Assembly: GCA_951406725.2 (NCBI GenBank)
Contig: OX597815.1
Coordinates: 82,584,001 to 82,648,000, forward strand
Source of the DNA: Octopus vulgaris
Taxonomy: Eukaryota
DNA length: 64,000 bases
Reading direction: 5' to 3'
Shown piece by piece: positions 25,860 through 39,318 of this stretch. A model generated the notes under the pieces. The model saw nothing but the letters and a program-made list of their open reading frames with translations, was not told the origin of the DNA and searched no databases. Position numbers and translations under genes: made by a program. Every line of letters begins with the position of its first letter. The stretch's first letter is position 1.

Positions 25860-27500
25860 CCAAGTACACTATATTTATCAACTCTTATTGTGCACGCGTT
25901 TTTTTTTTCTTACTGTCTTAGTTTCTTCCAAACTTCTTTCTCTAGCATAACAGACATGGTTGCAACAACGGTCATTGAGTGCATTTTGAACCATCGTTGT
26001 CCTGATATATATTTTTCATAAAATACTCCATTGTTTTGCGGCAAGACCTAGCTTACTTTTTAAACTCCTTCTTAGTTCCAGCCTCTGTTTGGAAAAATCA
26101 CTAGTGATATTTTCCTGCCTTGTGACTTCATACTCCTATTGCAGGCATCTTTAAAGCAATGACAGATTTGGCCGTCCTGCCAAAGACTGATTCTCTGTGC
26201 TGCAGGTTTTTCGTGATGCTCTCCTCTGACATATAATGAGCGTACTTGGCATGACAGATGGCAAAATGTTTTCGTTGAAGCAAAATGAAGTTATTTGTAC
26301 TTTAATGTTGGTTACTTGGTGAGTCCATTTCATGTCCAGGATTTATCTCAGGTTGCCAAGTTTGGAGTTGTTGACAGGTTACAATGACTGGAATAGAGGC
26401 CCAGGTCTAGGTGAAGACGTAAGCAATCTGCATTGTTTCGATAACTTGCAATTTTACCACAATTTTTGGCAGCTTAGCAACTGTTGAGGTTTCTCTTTAG
26501 ATCCATTACTTGATGTCAGACTCTAGTTAAAAGATGTTCCTGGTGGTGAAGCCAAGTTATCTTAATTCGTACAATGCATTCAGCTTGAAATTGCTGATAA
26601 TGGCAGATTTTCGACACTTATAAAATACTTTGGTCTTTTTTCAGAAAAACGCTTAAAATAAATCATGAAGGTCTTGCACTTTATCTTCAGAGTCTGTACA
26701 GCTTTGTTTGCAAATAATATAGCCTAATGTGTATTTCCTGTACTTTGGTTTTCACCAACTGCCGGGATAGACCGTCCCGTCTCCTTTCTACCCTATTGTG
26801 AATGCGGACATCCTCTCTCGCTGTTTTAATACAGTGTTTTAGCAGTGCCATGAAAGAGATGTCGAAAGCAAATAGTGCTGTTTTACGCCGCTACGTATGG
26901 TAAAAGACTTTGAAAATGACTACGATGTCCTTCATGTCTAAGCGGATCCTCGTTGAGCAACCAATGATAAACAGCTTATATTTAATGGTCGCATACTTTC
27001 ATGCGGTCAACAATAGCGATGTACAGTAGTTGTCTTTGCTCTTTGAGGTTACCTCGTACTTATCAAAGGAAAATATCATTCAATTTTGGAGTGTTCTGAT
27101 GCGAAATAATACTGAAGCTTCAATGTACTTTTTCAGTTATTTACCTCTGTCTCTTTAAGATGATGTGGACAGAAATTCTCTCAGCAATTCTCAGCTAAAG
27201 TAAATCCTGTAGCTGTTACAATCACATCTCACCACTTCCTTCTCATACTGGCTGAAATTTCTTATGTATTGCGACACTTCTTTCTAGTATTTCACTGTGG
27301 TTTATGCTGGTGCTTTCACCAGACTTTCTTATTATCTACTTCTAGCATCATTTCCAGCGAGAGGGTTATCAATAGCTTTACTCGGCTCACTGTCAGGCAG
27401 CAACGTATCCAATCCAGCTATGTCAGCCAATCACAGTGTGATGTATTTTGTCTGACATATGGCTTTCTTTGGAGTAGTAATCAGACTTGTAGTCCATCTA
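25860..27500 (-). pseudogene. Heavily decayed RTE-like LINE reverse transcriptase
   Basis: Minus-strand fragments resemble VDLxKAFD, GVKQG, LFNIF, LFADD, YLGS and RCLRRIL..W motifs, in the expected order but with many frameshifts. Confidence 0.55.
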
Positions 27501-27536
27501 TTTCCTCATATGCTTACCGTTGTTTTCGCTGTCTAG

Positions 27537-27658
27537 CTTGTTATTGTTTTCAGTAGTTCAGGCCTACGCCGGATCGAACTGACAAATTTCTGATCTCCTT
27601 GTTATTATTTTCAGTGGTTCTGGCCTACTCTAGATCGAATTGACAGATTTCTGATCTC
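27537..27658. repeat. 61-bp tandem duplication (2 diverged units)
   Basis: CTTGTTATT.TTTTCAGT.GTTC.GGCCTAC....GATCGAA.TGACA.ATTTCTGATCTC occurs twice. Confidence 0.9.
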
Positions 27659-28112
27659 CTTGTGGAAAATGAAGGATTGATGAAATTTGCACACGCCGAT
27701 GTTCTGCATACAATCAATGAGTTGATTTAGGTTGAACTCCATAAAAATACGGAACAAAACCTCTTAAAACAGAAACAAAGCGTATCCTAAAGTATAAATT
27801 TACTCAATAGACATTTTTTTTTTCAAAATACTGAACTAATTTAGAAACGTGCCGTAAATTAGGTATTTTTCTAATCAGGAAATTTTCCCAGTGTTTCTTG
27901 CAATGCTGGGAGGTATGAAACGTAATTAGTGTTTTTTTTTTATTACAAGAGCTAAAATGAAAGAATTTCGAAAGATACAATAACATACGCCTTCCTCGAA
28001 AAGATGTGATCCAATGCAAAATTTCTGCTATTCTGCTATTGTGGTTCAAATCAGTTGCTTGCAACTTGGAACGTACAAACATAAAATCACTTATATACAT
28101 GTGTGTGCGTGT

Positions 28113-28167
<55 letters not shown>

Positions 28168-29060
28168 TGTGTGTCTCCTCTCTTATTCTTTGATATCGCA
28201 TGTCAACGCCGCTTCAAATGAGCAAGAAGCTAGGTGACTGGTTTTATATACGTATTTTTAGTACTTGTATACAGGTACATATGTAAATGTGTGTTCGCAT
28301 GTCACTTACTATATACATACAAGCATATATACACATACATACATGTGTGAGTGTGTGTGTGAGTGTGTTTGCGTGTGTGTCTGTGTGTGTGTCTCTCTAT
28401 GTGTATTAAGTGTTTGAGTGTTTTGAGAATATGCGCGAAATTTAAATCATGACATCTCCTAAACTCGGGGAGCTTTTAAGGGCCCACCGCCTTGCTGTGG
28501 TATCGTCGACTGAAGTGAACGAATGACAAATACTCCTCAGAATGTGATTATCTGACTGACTTTATTGACATTCCCAAATGCCTCATCTTACAAATACTGA
28601 AGTATATTCTTATCTTCAATTTCTGAATTCTAATTTAGTCGTAGCTAATTTTAGTAGAAGGAAGCTTCAATTTGGACAATGCTTCTCCGAGTTACACATA
28701 TACACTTTACACAGCAATGAGGCTAGATGTCATCTGTATCCTAATGACCCAGTTAAATTGCTATAGTTTTCATCAACACAGATAGTGTCTGCTTCCCTCA
28801 GGGAAACAGCTTGTATATAATATAGATTGTTTTTATAACTGGGTCTTTCGCGTTGTTTGTGTGCTGCAGATTGTTGCATTAATGTAATGGAATAGAAAAT
28901 TGATTAACAAATCTCTCTCTCCCTCTCTCTCTATATATATATGTGTGTGTGTATATATACACATATATAATATATATGTGTGTGTATGTATATATATATA
29001 TATATGTATAAATATATATGAATATATATATGTATATATATATATATATATGTATTTACA

Positions 29061-29183
29061 CTGGAGTAAACGCATAAATGTGAAACAAGGTGGAAAAAAG
29101 AGTACTCAAATACTGTCTGATGAACGGCAACGAGAAACTCAGAGTAACAGATTTTGTTGAATTTTTTGCTGCTTAAAATAAAG
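29061..29183. mobile_element. Rearranged sister copy of the 257-492 element with an identical hammerhead motif (29113-29150, +)
   Basis: 29061-29112 is the reverse complement of about 441-492, and 29113-29183 matches 351-421. The flanks are TA-rich. Confidence 0.85.
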
Positions 29184-30577
29184 TATATATGTATTTATGT
29201 ATTTATATACATAATGTATATACATACATATATTCATGTATGTATATACGTATGTATACATACATACATACATACATACATACATACATACATACATACA
29301 TACATGTGAAAGAAGAAGATGAAGCAAAGATGGTTGTGAAATAACCGACGCAAAAAAGTATAGCCACTAATGAATGATAAATAATTGCTAGTGACTTTAT
29401 AGTGTATTGACTCGCAAAGTTTTTGATCGTCCTTTCCCTAACTTCTGTACGTCATCGTTTGTCATCTCTATGACATTACTATCTCCGTGACATTATCCAG
29501 AAATGTAGGTAGCATAACACCCAGAACTCTGAGGATGAACAAAAAAAAAAACCCTGAAAAATAGAAGAAATGTCAAAGGAATAACAATAAACACTACGCC
29601 CCATACAAATTCTTGCCCTCATAATTCTTCCTTCAGAAAATGTAACACTCCAAATTCCTGGATAATGAGGTACAGAGAGTTGGGGGAAATATCACCCACT
29701 TAAATAGATATTGAGATTCTCGCCGTATTCTCTAGACACGTAACAATATTGAAGTCAGAAATGCAAAGCAAACCTTTTCCTCGTTTGTTTTAGTGAGCCG
29801 GTAGAAAACATTGCAGAACTATTGTTTAGCCCAGATGAGTCGAAAGGGGGGCATGATTTCGATTCTCAGTTATGCAATAGTGCATTTTAAAAGATTTAAC
29901 ATCACAATTTACAATTGTTTCTGTTAATAAGACTAAAGTATACGTTGTTTACATTGATTCTTTCAGAATATTTGCACTTGTTTAAACGTATTGACAACTA
30001 GTACAAATTTACCAGTGCTATAAGTTTCCTGAGTAAGGCAATTATTAAGCAGAGACAGATAAACAAACCCCAGCCGCAATAACTCTGTTTAGTAATCCAA
30101 CGCCATATTCTTCTTGTATTTTGTACTTTTTCAATTGCGGTTATGCTGGAGCTAAGCCCCAACTCCAATAACTCGAAAGACTCAAAGGCAAATCGAGTTA
30201 GATGCGATTTGAACTGAGATCATAAACAAGTAGCTGATCTTTAACCAGTGATCTACCGATTTTTGAAATCCACCCGATGTAATCTATAAAAAAAAGAGAT
30301 TAAAAAACAAAACAAAACAAAACAAAAGCAAATATTGCGATCAAAGGCAACTGAGGAAAGAACAACTTGTCAAGGTTGTTCATTTTTTCCATTTTTTATC
30401 ATAAAATTTATTTAGATAACATCGTTAAAAGCAAACCAACAACTATAAGAAAATCAAGAACAGCAAGAGCAAACCCATATCCCCCTATTCTCCAGAAAAC
30501 ACTTCGTTCAAAAGAAACAAACAAAAGCATTTAAACAACTATAGTGGCTATAAAACTCCATAAAAGGCAGCAGCAGC

Positions 30578-30632
<55 letters not shown>

Positions 30633-31429
30633 CTGCCGCAATTTACAACTTGCAGATATCTTTCTCCCACGTCAAGGTTGTGTTGGGCGATACAACATTT
30701 TCATAGAGTTGACAGCGTCTGCCAAGCAAGCTTGTTGATTTCAATGATTATTTTAGCATATCTGATCCTTTCAGACATCAACACAACTGAAACCACTTCT
30801 ATCCTCAAACCCAACCAGCCCTAAAACCATCCAACAGCAGCCTTGATATCAACAGCTTACCATCACCCCATTCACTTTTTTTTCCCTGTTTTTTTTCTTT
30901 TCTTATTTAGATTATTTCCGATAAACCAAAATGTTCTTTATTAAGTTGTTTTTTTTCGTTTGTTTGTTTGTCTCGCCTGACTCTCACTCTTCACATTATT
31001 CTTAGAAATCACCACCACCACCACCACCATCATCATCATTATTATCATTATTATTGGTTGTTGTTATTGTTGTTTTATCTAACAGACCGTATTTCTTAAG
31101 ATGTTGTTATTGTGGTGTCATATAATTTCAGCTATGTTTACTTTTTCAGCTACGATTTTCCTCGTTTATTTTGGTAACTTTTATGTGTGTGTGCCAATGG
31201 GTGGAGGTCGCTCGATGGGCTGGAAGTCGGTGAATTTTATCCTCCAGCTATAATACGCAATAAAAGAAATTAAAAAGTAAATAGATAAAAAAAAATCGGA
31301 AATAAAAGAGAGAAGAAACATTTGTGAAAAACAAATGAAAAGATAAAAATACACAAAGTGAGAAAAATTATAAAATTATAAAACAATTACTAACATAAAG
31401 CGAAATAAAATCTTTTGACATGCCGGAAT

Positions 31430-31610
<181 letters not shown>

Positions 31611-32644
31611 TGTTTTCTTTATAATCACCAAGGTTTGACAAAATATCGAGGAGGCTCATGAACGATACGGTGCAAAATTATATAAAAAGAATAGAAAAAA
31701 TAAAGACAAAAGCACAAAAAATTCAAGCTAAGAATAATTCTCCCAGTGGGGGATACATCTTTGAGGGATGCTTGTGGAAAAACCACAAAACGTCAGACAC
31801 CTAGATCAGAAGAGCAAGTGTTTAGTTGGCTTCCTTCAGTCAACTGGCACACGCTCAGAACAGGTCCATTTACTCGAACTTTGCTCGCAACTCTCATCAA
31901 TTTTTCAACAAATATCTTTTGGAAGACAACAATGCCCTCTCCACCTACACTTTATTTTTCAAGTGAAGATTAAGATAGTTAACTAAAGAGAAAGGTATCT
32001 CTCTTGAGACTATAGGAGATCGGTGACTAAAAATATAAATAGGTAAATAAGTAAATAATTAGCTAGATAAGCAGATAGATAGGTAAGTAAATAATGGATA
32101 AATAAATAAATACGAATTACTATAAAGTTAGGCTTGATAAATTCAATCTAATTCAATTTATAAAAAGGAAAATGCAAGAGAAGCAATTATCATTTTTTTG
32201 AGATTTGATCATATAATTATTTCTAGAAATCAAAATGCTCCTGATGTGTGTTATGAAATTTAATTTTTTCCTCCCAAAATGTGAAAATGCAATATTGACT
32301 TAAAATTAGATTTAGTTAACAAAGAAATATATTCAGCTTGGGGTGACTAACACCCCCACCACATCGGCGTATGCATTTCTTTTAGGTGATAATAGAATAT
32401 TGCGTTCAAATTTTAGCACAAACCAGCAATTTCAGGGGCCGTGAGTAAGACGATTACATCGACTCCAGTGTCCAACTGCTACTTAATTTATCGACCCTAA
32501 AAGTATGAAGTATAATGTCAACCTCGTCGTAAAGATGCTGATAGAATACTAAAAAATGACGGGTAAGTGTAGTATTTTTTATATAAATAAAGAGAAAAGA
32601 TAGAATATTGTTGGTAATTCAAATAATACACTTCTCAATGTTAA

Positions 32645-33008
32645 CTAGTGGTTGTCTTTTGATATGTGAAATCGATCATCGTTTGTTACAGAAAGAATGC
32701 TGATTCACACAAACAAACATCCATATACTTCCCTTGTAGAAGCACACAGTACATACATATACTCACACAGTGTTGAGACGCAGTTTGGTTTTTCTTTTCA
32801 CCTTTGAATGTTCACCACACACCTTCACATAACTCCCTTTTACATATACTCACAGAGTTGAAACGCTGTTTGATGTTTTCACCGTAGAATTTCCAACATT
32901 TCACTAACGGTTTGCCATCACCCTTTCCTTCCCTATTCATCTATCACCCCGTCATTTCTTATTCATATGCTGTGACGGAGAATAACCCAAGTGTATTATT
33001 ATAATAGA
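32645..33008 (-). mobile_element. Non-autonomous Helitron-like element
   Basis: The minus strand starts A|TCTATTATAATAATAC and ends CTAG|T, with an internal diverged direct repeat (CATATACTCACA..GTTGA.ACGC.GTTTG). Confidence 0.45.
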
Positions 33009-33159
33009 TGTTTATCCAATAGTGAAATATCTGATTGCTTACTGAGTTCTTGTCACATTTCCGCTACTTCAGTTGGTACACTGTCTTCATTATTTCTAAA
33101 AGAATATTGTTAGCTTTCAAATATAGCCACAAAGCAAGCAGTTTTGAAAAAGATTGGAG

Positions 33160-33517
33160 GTAAGTACTTGATGAGAAAGTTTCCAGTACTTGACTCGTGC
33201 TTTATTTTATCGACTCCGGAGGGAAAGGCGACAGTCTTCACTTCGGTAGGAATTAATATCAAAATGCAATGTGCTGACAGATATACTGTAAGCTATGATT
33301 CTACCAGTACTATGTGTAATATTAACAAGCCTTTCTACTATAAGCACAAGGCCTGAAATATTTGAGGGAGGGGTATAGTCGATTACTCGATCGGTATTTA
33401 TCGACCCCGAAATAATGAAAGGCAAAGTTTACCCCGGCGGAACATAGAGAAGGACGAAATGTCGCTAAACGTTTTGTCCGGTGCTTTAACATTTCTGCCA
33501 GCTCGCCGCCTTATATA

Positions 33518-33577
<60 letters not shown>

Positions 33578-33792
33578 TCCTTTCTTCTAAAGACACAAGG
33601 CCTGAAATTTTGGGGAAGAGAACTAGTCGATTACATCGACTCCAGTGTTTCACTGGTACTTAATTTATCCACCCCGAAAGGATGTAAAGCAAAGTCGACC
33701 TCAGCGGAATTTGAACTCAGAACGTAAAGTCGGACGAAATGCCGCTAAGCATTTCGCCTGGGAGGCTAACGATTCTGCCATCTCGCCGCCTT
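33160..33792 (-). mobile_element. Cluster of up to three SINE family C copies in the same orientation, separated by AT-rich/(AAT)n tracts
   Basis: Reverse complements of the AAGGCGGCGAG(C/A)TGGCAGAA head and of the GTCGACTTTGCCTTTCATCCTTTCGGGGTCGATAAA core. The clearest copies are 33330-33512 and 33577-33792. The core resembles the conserved Meta/MESC-type SINE domain (from recall). Confidence 0.8.
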
Positions 33793-33825
33793 AATGATGA
33801 TGATGATGATGACGATGATGATGAC

Positions 33826-33879
<54 letters not shown>

Positions 33880-35565
33880 ATCAGCGAGTATAAGGTTTGA
33901 TACTGCCAGTACCATGTATAATAATGATGTCAACGATAATATTAACTCTAAAACGTTATACGGAGAACCGTTGTAAGGTACTTCTAGAAAAAGTATCATT
34001 TTCTGTTATTTTTAATTATGCTTCCTCTCCAATTATGTGATTGGATTTTTAAAACTTGCCAATATCACAAGTCTCGCGAAATTTCATTTCAGTCTCGGCA
34101 ATAGCAACAGCAGCTGTTATCTTGTAATTACACTTTACGATTTCGTATTCACCAGATGTGTAAAAAAAAAGAAGACAATTAGAGAGAGGGGAGAAGAGAA
34201 AGAGTGTGGAGACAGAGAGAGATGGAGGAAGAAGGAGGCTTCTAGAATTTTATTTATCACGTTAACATCTTAACCGTGTTCTTTTTTTCTTCCCAGGTCA
34301 CTCTTTATCGAATCAAGCAGACTTATGATCAAAGATCATCTTTGAACATTCATCTTCCTCATTTTTCCTCCCAGATATAGCGGATACTTGATTATTTTCT
34401 CAAATACGTCATCTTTTTTAAGCCGGTGAGGAGTGATTTAGTGAAGATTTCGCTTCGGTGTCTCGTAGATGTAGTGAACGCTTAAACTCTCTTTGATTCT
34501 TAAGTTACATATGAGTTGTCAACCGGAGTGACAATAAGGTAAGTGCGAAGCGAAGTGTTTTTAGTTACATGATTTTTTTTTTTATTCATGACTAAAATCT
34601 AAATAAACATCATCTTAAAGTCTACTGAAATAGAATAGGTCACACTTAAGCGCCTTTGTTCTTTCGCTACAAAAGTCTGGTCGCACACAGCTGTAAACTA
34701 GTTTAGATATAAGTAGCACTATGACCCGGCGTTGCCGGGTCCAGTGCTAGTGCTTGTTGTTCGTTGCCGGGTCGCAGTAAAAATTTCTCAATAAATCTAG
34801 AGCTAAGTTTCATATCACATTTCAGTCCTAGCCAGTTTTGTTGTTTATGAGCTAGTTGGAGCTTTTTATGAAAGTAATTAATATACATTCAGAATAATTA
34901 ATATTCATTGTACTTATGAGAGTAATTAATATTCATTGAAACTAGAAAGTTCCCCCTCCGCTGCACAAGTACGGGCAAGGTTGTTTATAAAAGACCAGCA
35001 GTCACCCATATATACCAGCCTCCCCTCTATATGTGCTTTTTGGTACAAGGATGATTTCATTAGCTTCTAAATTTGAGTTATACGGGATGAAGCCTATTGT
35101 AATTTTCACACTCCATGTTCGAACAAATTATCAAAAGTCATGTATTGATTTTCATAAATGGTACAAAGTTAAAAGTTTTGAGGTGGTGATACAGGAATTA
35201 AACTGGATTCATTATATGACTCGTACTTATTCGAAAAATTTCGGAGGGCATTCAACTCATAATGTAAAAGAATGAAGTGAAATATCCCAAATAATTTTGT
35301 ATCATTACATCATTCTGACTATTTCTGTGAAAGAGTGTTTAGCTTCAGTGCAGGCTTTTCTCCAGATGTGAAGTTCCATGGTTATGGAATACCTTACACA
35401 CTTCGTCCCATCGTTGTTGTGTGTACCGCCAATTCTAATTGAAATTAAACCGATTTATTGCTAAAATATCTGCTAATCACATCGACTGGGAGAAAGTGAG
35501 CAGAAAATTTATGACCTTCTGACACTGGTTAAAGCGCTAGCCGGCCTCATGTAATTCACCTAGAT

Positions 35566-35908
35566 CAGGGGTTCCCAACCATTTTTTTTTTATCTATGGA
35601 CCCCTTTGATTACTATTTTATTCAGGTGGATACCATAGCCATTCGATGTCTTAAAAGTAGTTTTACAGAAACTTCTTTCAAAATTCCTATTTTGTGTTTC
35701 ACACATTAAGTTGTGTAGGTTAAACTATGTAAAACGTTAGAGGAAGAAAACTAGCTGTTTCTTGCAATACATACACATACATACATCTAAAGCAAAATAG
35801 AATACTATTGTGAACCCTCAATTTACTATTTTGTTGTGTGAACCCCCAAGAATCTTATATGGACCTTCAGGGACCATATGGTCAGTGTTTCCCAGTTGGA
35901 AGCCACTG
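35566..35908. mobile_element. hAT/Charlie-like MITE
   Basis: TIRs CAGGGGTTCCCAAC and GTTGGAAGCCACTG. The left flank ACCTAGAT fits the Charlie-type NNCTAGAN target; the right TSD is degraded. Confidence 0.65.
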
Positions 35909-36416
35909 CCCCCAGATGATCAAGTGCACAATACCTTAGAACAACATTTACTGATTCACGTACAGTTAAATGTGCTACAATAGCCAAAACACATGCACAC
36001 ACACACACACGCACATATATATGCATGGATACACATAAATACACTAGCATATACTCACCAATAAGTACAACTTGCTCTTACATTGAACGGAAAACATAAA
36101 GGACTGCTAATAGAACTCTATGGCTTTGCTTTATACTATACTGCATAGAAAAACAAATTAAATCAAACCAAATAAAGGAGACTCAAAATCGACAAAGACA
36201 AAATGAGCACAAAAATTTGACTAATTATTGTTAGTAAACTATGTTAGTAAACTATGTATGCATTTCAACTTGAGTGCAATTTTATGATTTATTACGTTAT
36301 TGCTTCTTGCAATAGTTCTCATTGATTATTCCTCTACGGTTTTACGTAAAAGTGTGTGATATGTGTGCACATATCTCTGTGTGCAAGTAGTTGACGAAAT
36401 GTATGCATATATACAA

Positions 36417-36474
<58 letters not shown>

Positions 36475-37125
36475 ACATACATACATACATACATACATAC
36501 ATACATACATACATACATACATACATACATACATACATACAAATAGCACACAATTTTGCATATATTGAAACAGATAGGTATTGCTATATGAATGTATATG
36601 TTATGCATACAAACATACACACATATGTATGAACATATACGTATTCACTATGTAAATACACACACACACACACATATATATATATACATATACACATTTA
36701 TATTCATATATATACGTGTGTATTATATACAATTATATACATATACTTCTATACATTTGCATAGATACATACATATTCACACTCACGCACGTACATCTAT
36801 ACATACACTCACACATATATACAAGTTTATATATACGAGTCTGGGGGCATGGATATGTGTATGTGTGTGCTGGTGTTCCGCAATACACTTCAGTATGTTT
36901 ATACATTTCTAGAGAAACATTGGTTAAATAATTTCAATTCGTCCATAAAGAAAAACAATAATCTTACGTAAAAAAGAAATACATACAAAGAAATACCCTC
37001 AGCGTAAGATGAAATGAAATAACATGAAATGAAATAACATAAACGCTCACATACTGTTTCTGTCTCCCCTCTCTAATACGAACATACGTATGTGTATACT
37101 ATATACATGTATATGTATATATGTG

Positions 37126-37181
<56 letters not shown>

Positions 37182-37322
37182 ATATATATATATATATATT
37201 TGTATATATATATACATTTATATATATATATGTATATATATATACTTTATGAATATATATTTATGTATATGTACGTATATTTTATATATATATTTATATA
37301 TATGTATGTGTCTGTGTATGTA

Positions 37323-37374
<52 letters not shown>

Positions 37375-37601
37375 TGTTGAGTGTGTGTGTAGGGAAATGA
37401 AAATTTTATAAACAATGTTGAACCGCATGAGACATATTTGTCATGGGAATAAAATGTTTCTCTGGGAAATGTATTGTAAATCAACCGCAATTTGAAGTGA
37501 GCAGTCAAAACATATATCATCTCGATGGGTCAATTTCATAATAAATTAATTGCACAATCGTTTTTGTTTTCTGCGACATATATATGCATATTTCCGTATT
37601 G

Positions 37602-37662
<61 letters not shown>

Positions 37663-37821
37663 CACACACATATATACATATATATATACACATATATACA
37701 TATATATATATACATATATATATATGTATATATATATATATATCAAAGTTTAACCGATATATATATATACATGTATATATATATATACAGAAATCGTTTT
37801 ATTTCATTCTACATGAAAGGC

Positions 37822-37915
<94 letters not shown>

Positions 37916-37920
<5 letters not shown>

Positions 37921-38145
37921 CTAAAAATAACGGTGTCTGAGAGACACCACCATGCCGAAATAGCAGTCAAATCCCTGACTCTAAACAGCACCAAAGAAGG
38001 TGGTTTTTAGAGTCAGGGATTTGACTACTATTTCGGCATGGTGTCTCTCAGACACCCTTATTTTTAGTTATAAAAAATTATTACCTTTGTATGGTATTTT
38101 TTCCCATTCTGGCCACTTGATAATATCGATATTATCCTTATTTTT

Positions 38146-38150
<5 letters not shown>
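37916..38150. mobile_element. Palindromic insert in (TA)n (arms about 37916-37992 / 37999-38072, plus a unique extension), probably PLE-derived
   Basis: Near-perfect reverse-complement arms with one 3-nt indel and a few mismatches. It has a CTGAGAGA..GAAA..GTC hammerhead-like layout and (TA)n on both sides. Confidence 0.65.
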
Positions 38151-38208
<58 letters not shown>

Positions 38209-39231
38209 GCGCACACAGAAAAACATGATATATACAAGTGCGTGTTTATAGTACAGGCATACATGCATACGTACAGTCTCACAATACACACTCATATATG
38301 TCGGAGCAGTATGGGTAAGTGTCTAAGACGTTACCTTCACAACTACGAAGTCACAGTTGTGACCACACTCAGAGATGCTTTTGGCAACTGTCGATCACAA
38401 GTAGCCTGACTTTCATGTGGCTGGATGGTTAACATAAGTGCATGCTTTTCACATATTAAAGAGCGACAAATCTTCTTGTACTAACAAACTACTGCGTTAT
38501 AAGCGCAAAGGTGATTAAGACAGTAGTGTTGTAAAACGTTATGAAATAGTATAAAACCAATCCCTATCGCGGCATTGGTCCTAGATTAGATTTCATTGAA
38601 GTTTGTTCTCTAATAAGATTAATGCATATGTTCAGAAACAGCAATTGAGAAGTGCATTTTCCCGTTTAAAGGTATTCTCCATATCGTGTCTTACCTTTAC
38701 GAAGTCAGAAAAAAGATGGTCAAATCTGATATGTGGGATATCTGTTTCCCTTAAAACAGTTATTGTAAGTTGTTGATTAGTCACAAGTGAACCTTAATCA
38801 AGCAAATGTTTGATTAGAAGCGTTGTAGTCGAGACAATCCCGTCTTTACTCCATTCAGAAAGGTATGATGTGATTAGTGAAGTAGGTATGCAGGGGACTT
38901 CGATTATCCGAAAGAAAGTGGCTACAACTGCTTACATATTCTTGACGTTTTACGAAATGCATCTGCCAAATTTATTACGAAATTCCGAGCCCCCAGAAAC
39001 AGCTGTCGTATCTGAAATACCACACCTTCCTGTTTTGGTTTCCGTGAAAATCTTGTCTATTAATATCAAACCATCTCCACACACACAGACACTCAGATAC
39101 ACAGATACACACACACTCACACACATATACACGTATAAATTTATCTTACAGGTAAGTGATACACGATTATGGCCAAGAAAAATTGCTTGGTCATATTTGT
39201 ATGAAGGTACATATGTATACATGTACATATT

Positions 39232-39293
<62 letters not shown>

Positions 39294-39318
39294 GTATATA
39301 TATATGCGTATATATATA

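Noticed and set aside
27537-27658. CRISPR-like repeat
   Set aside because: Two adjacent units with no spacers, in a eukaryotic context with no cas genes.
30544-30738. Poly-Q ORF
   Set aside because: A (CAA)n repeat with no domain, splice context or real ATG.
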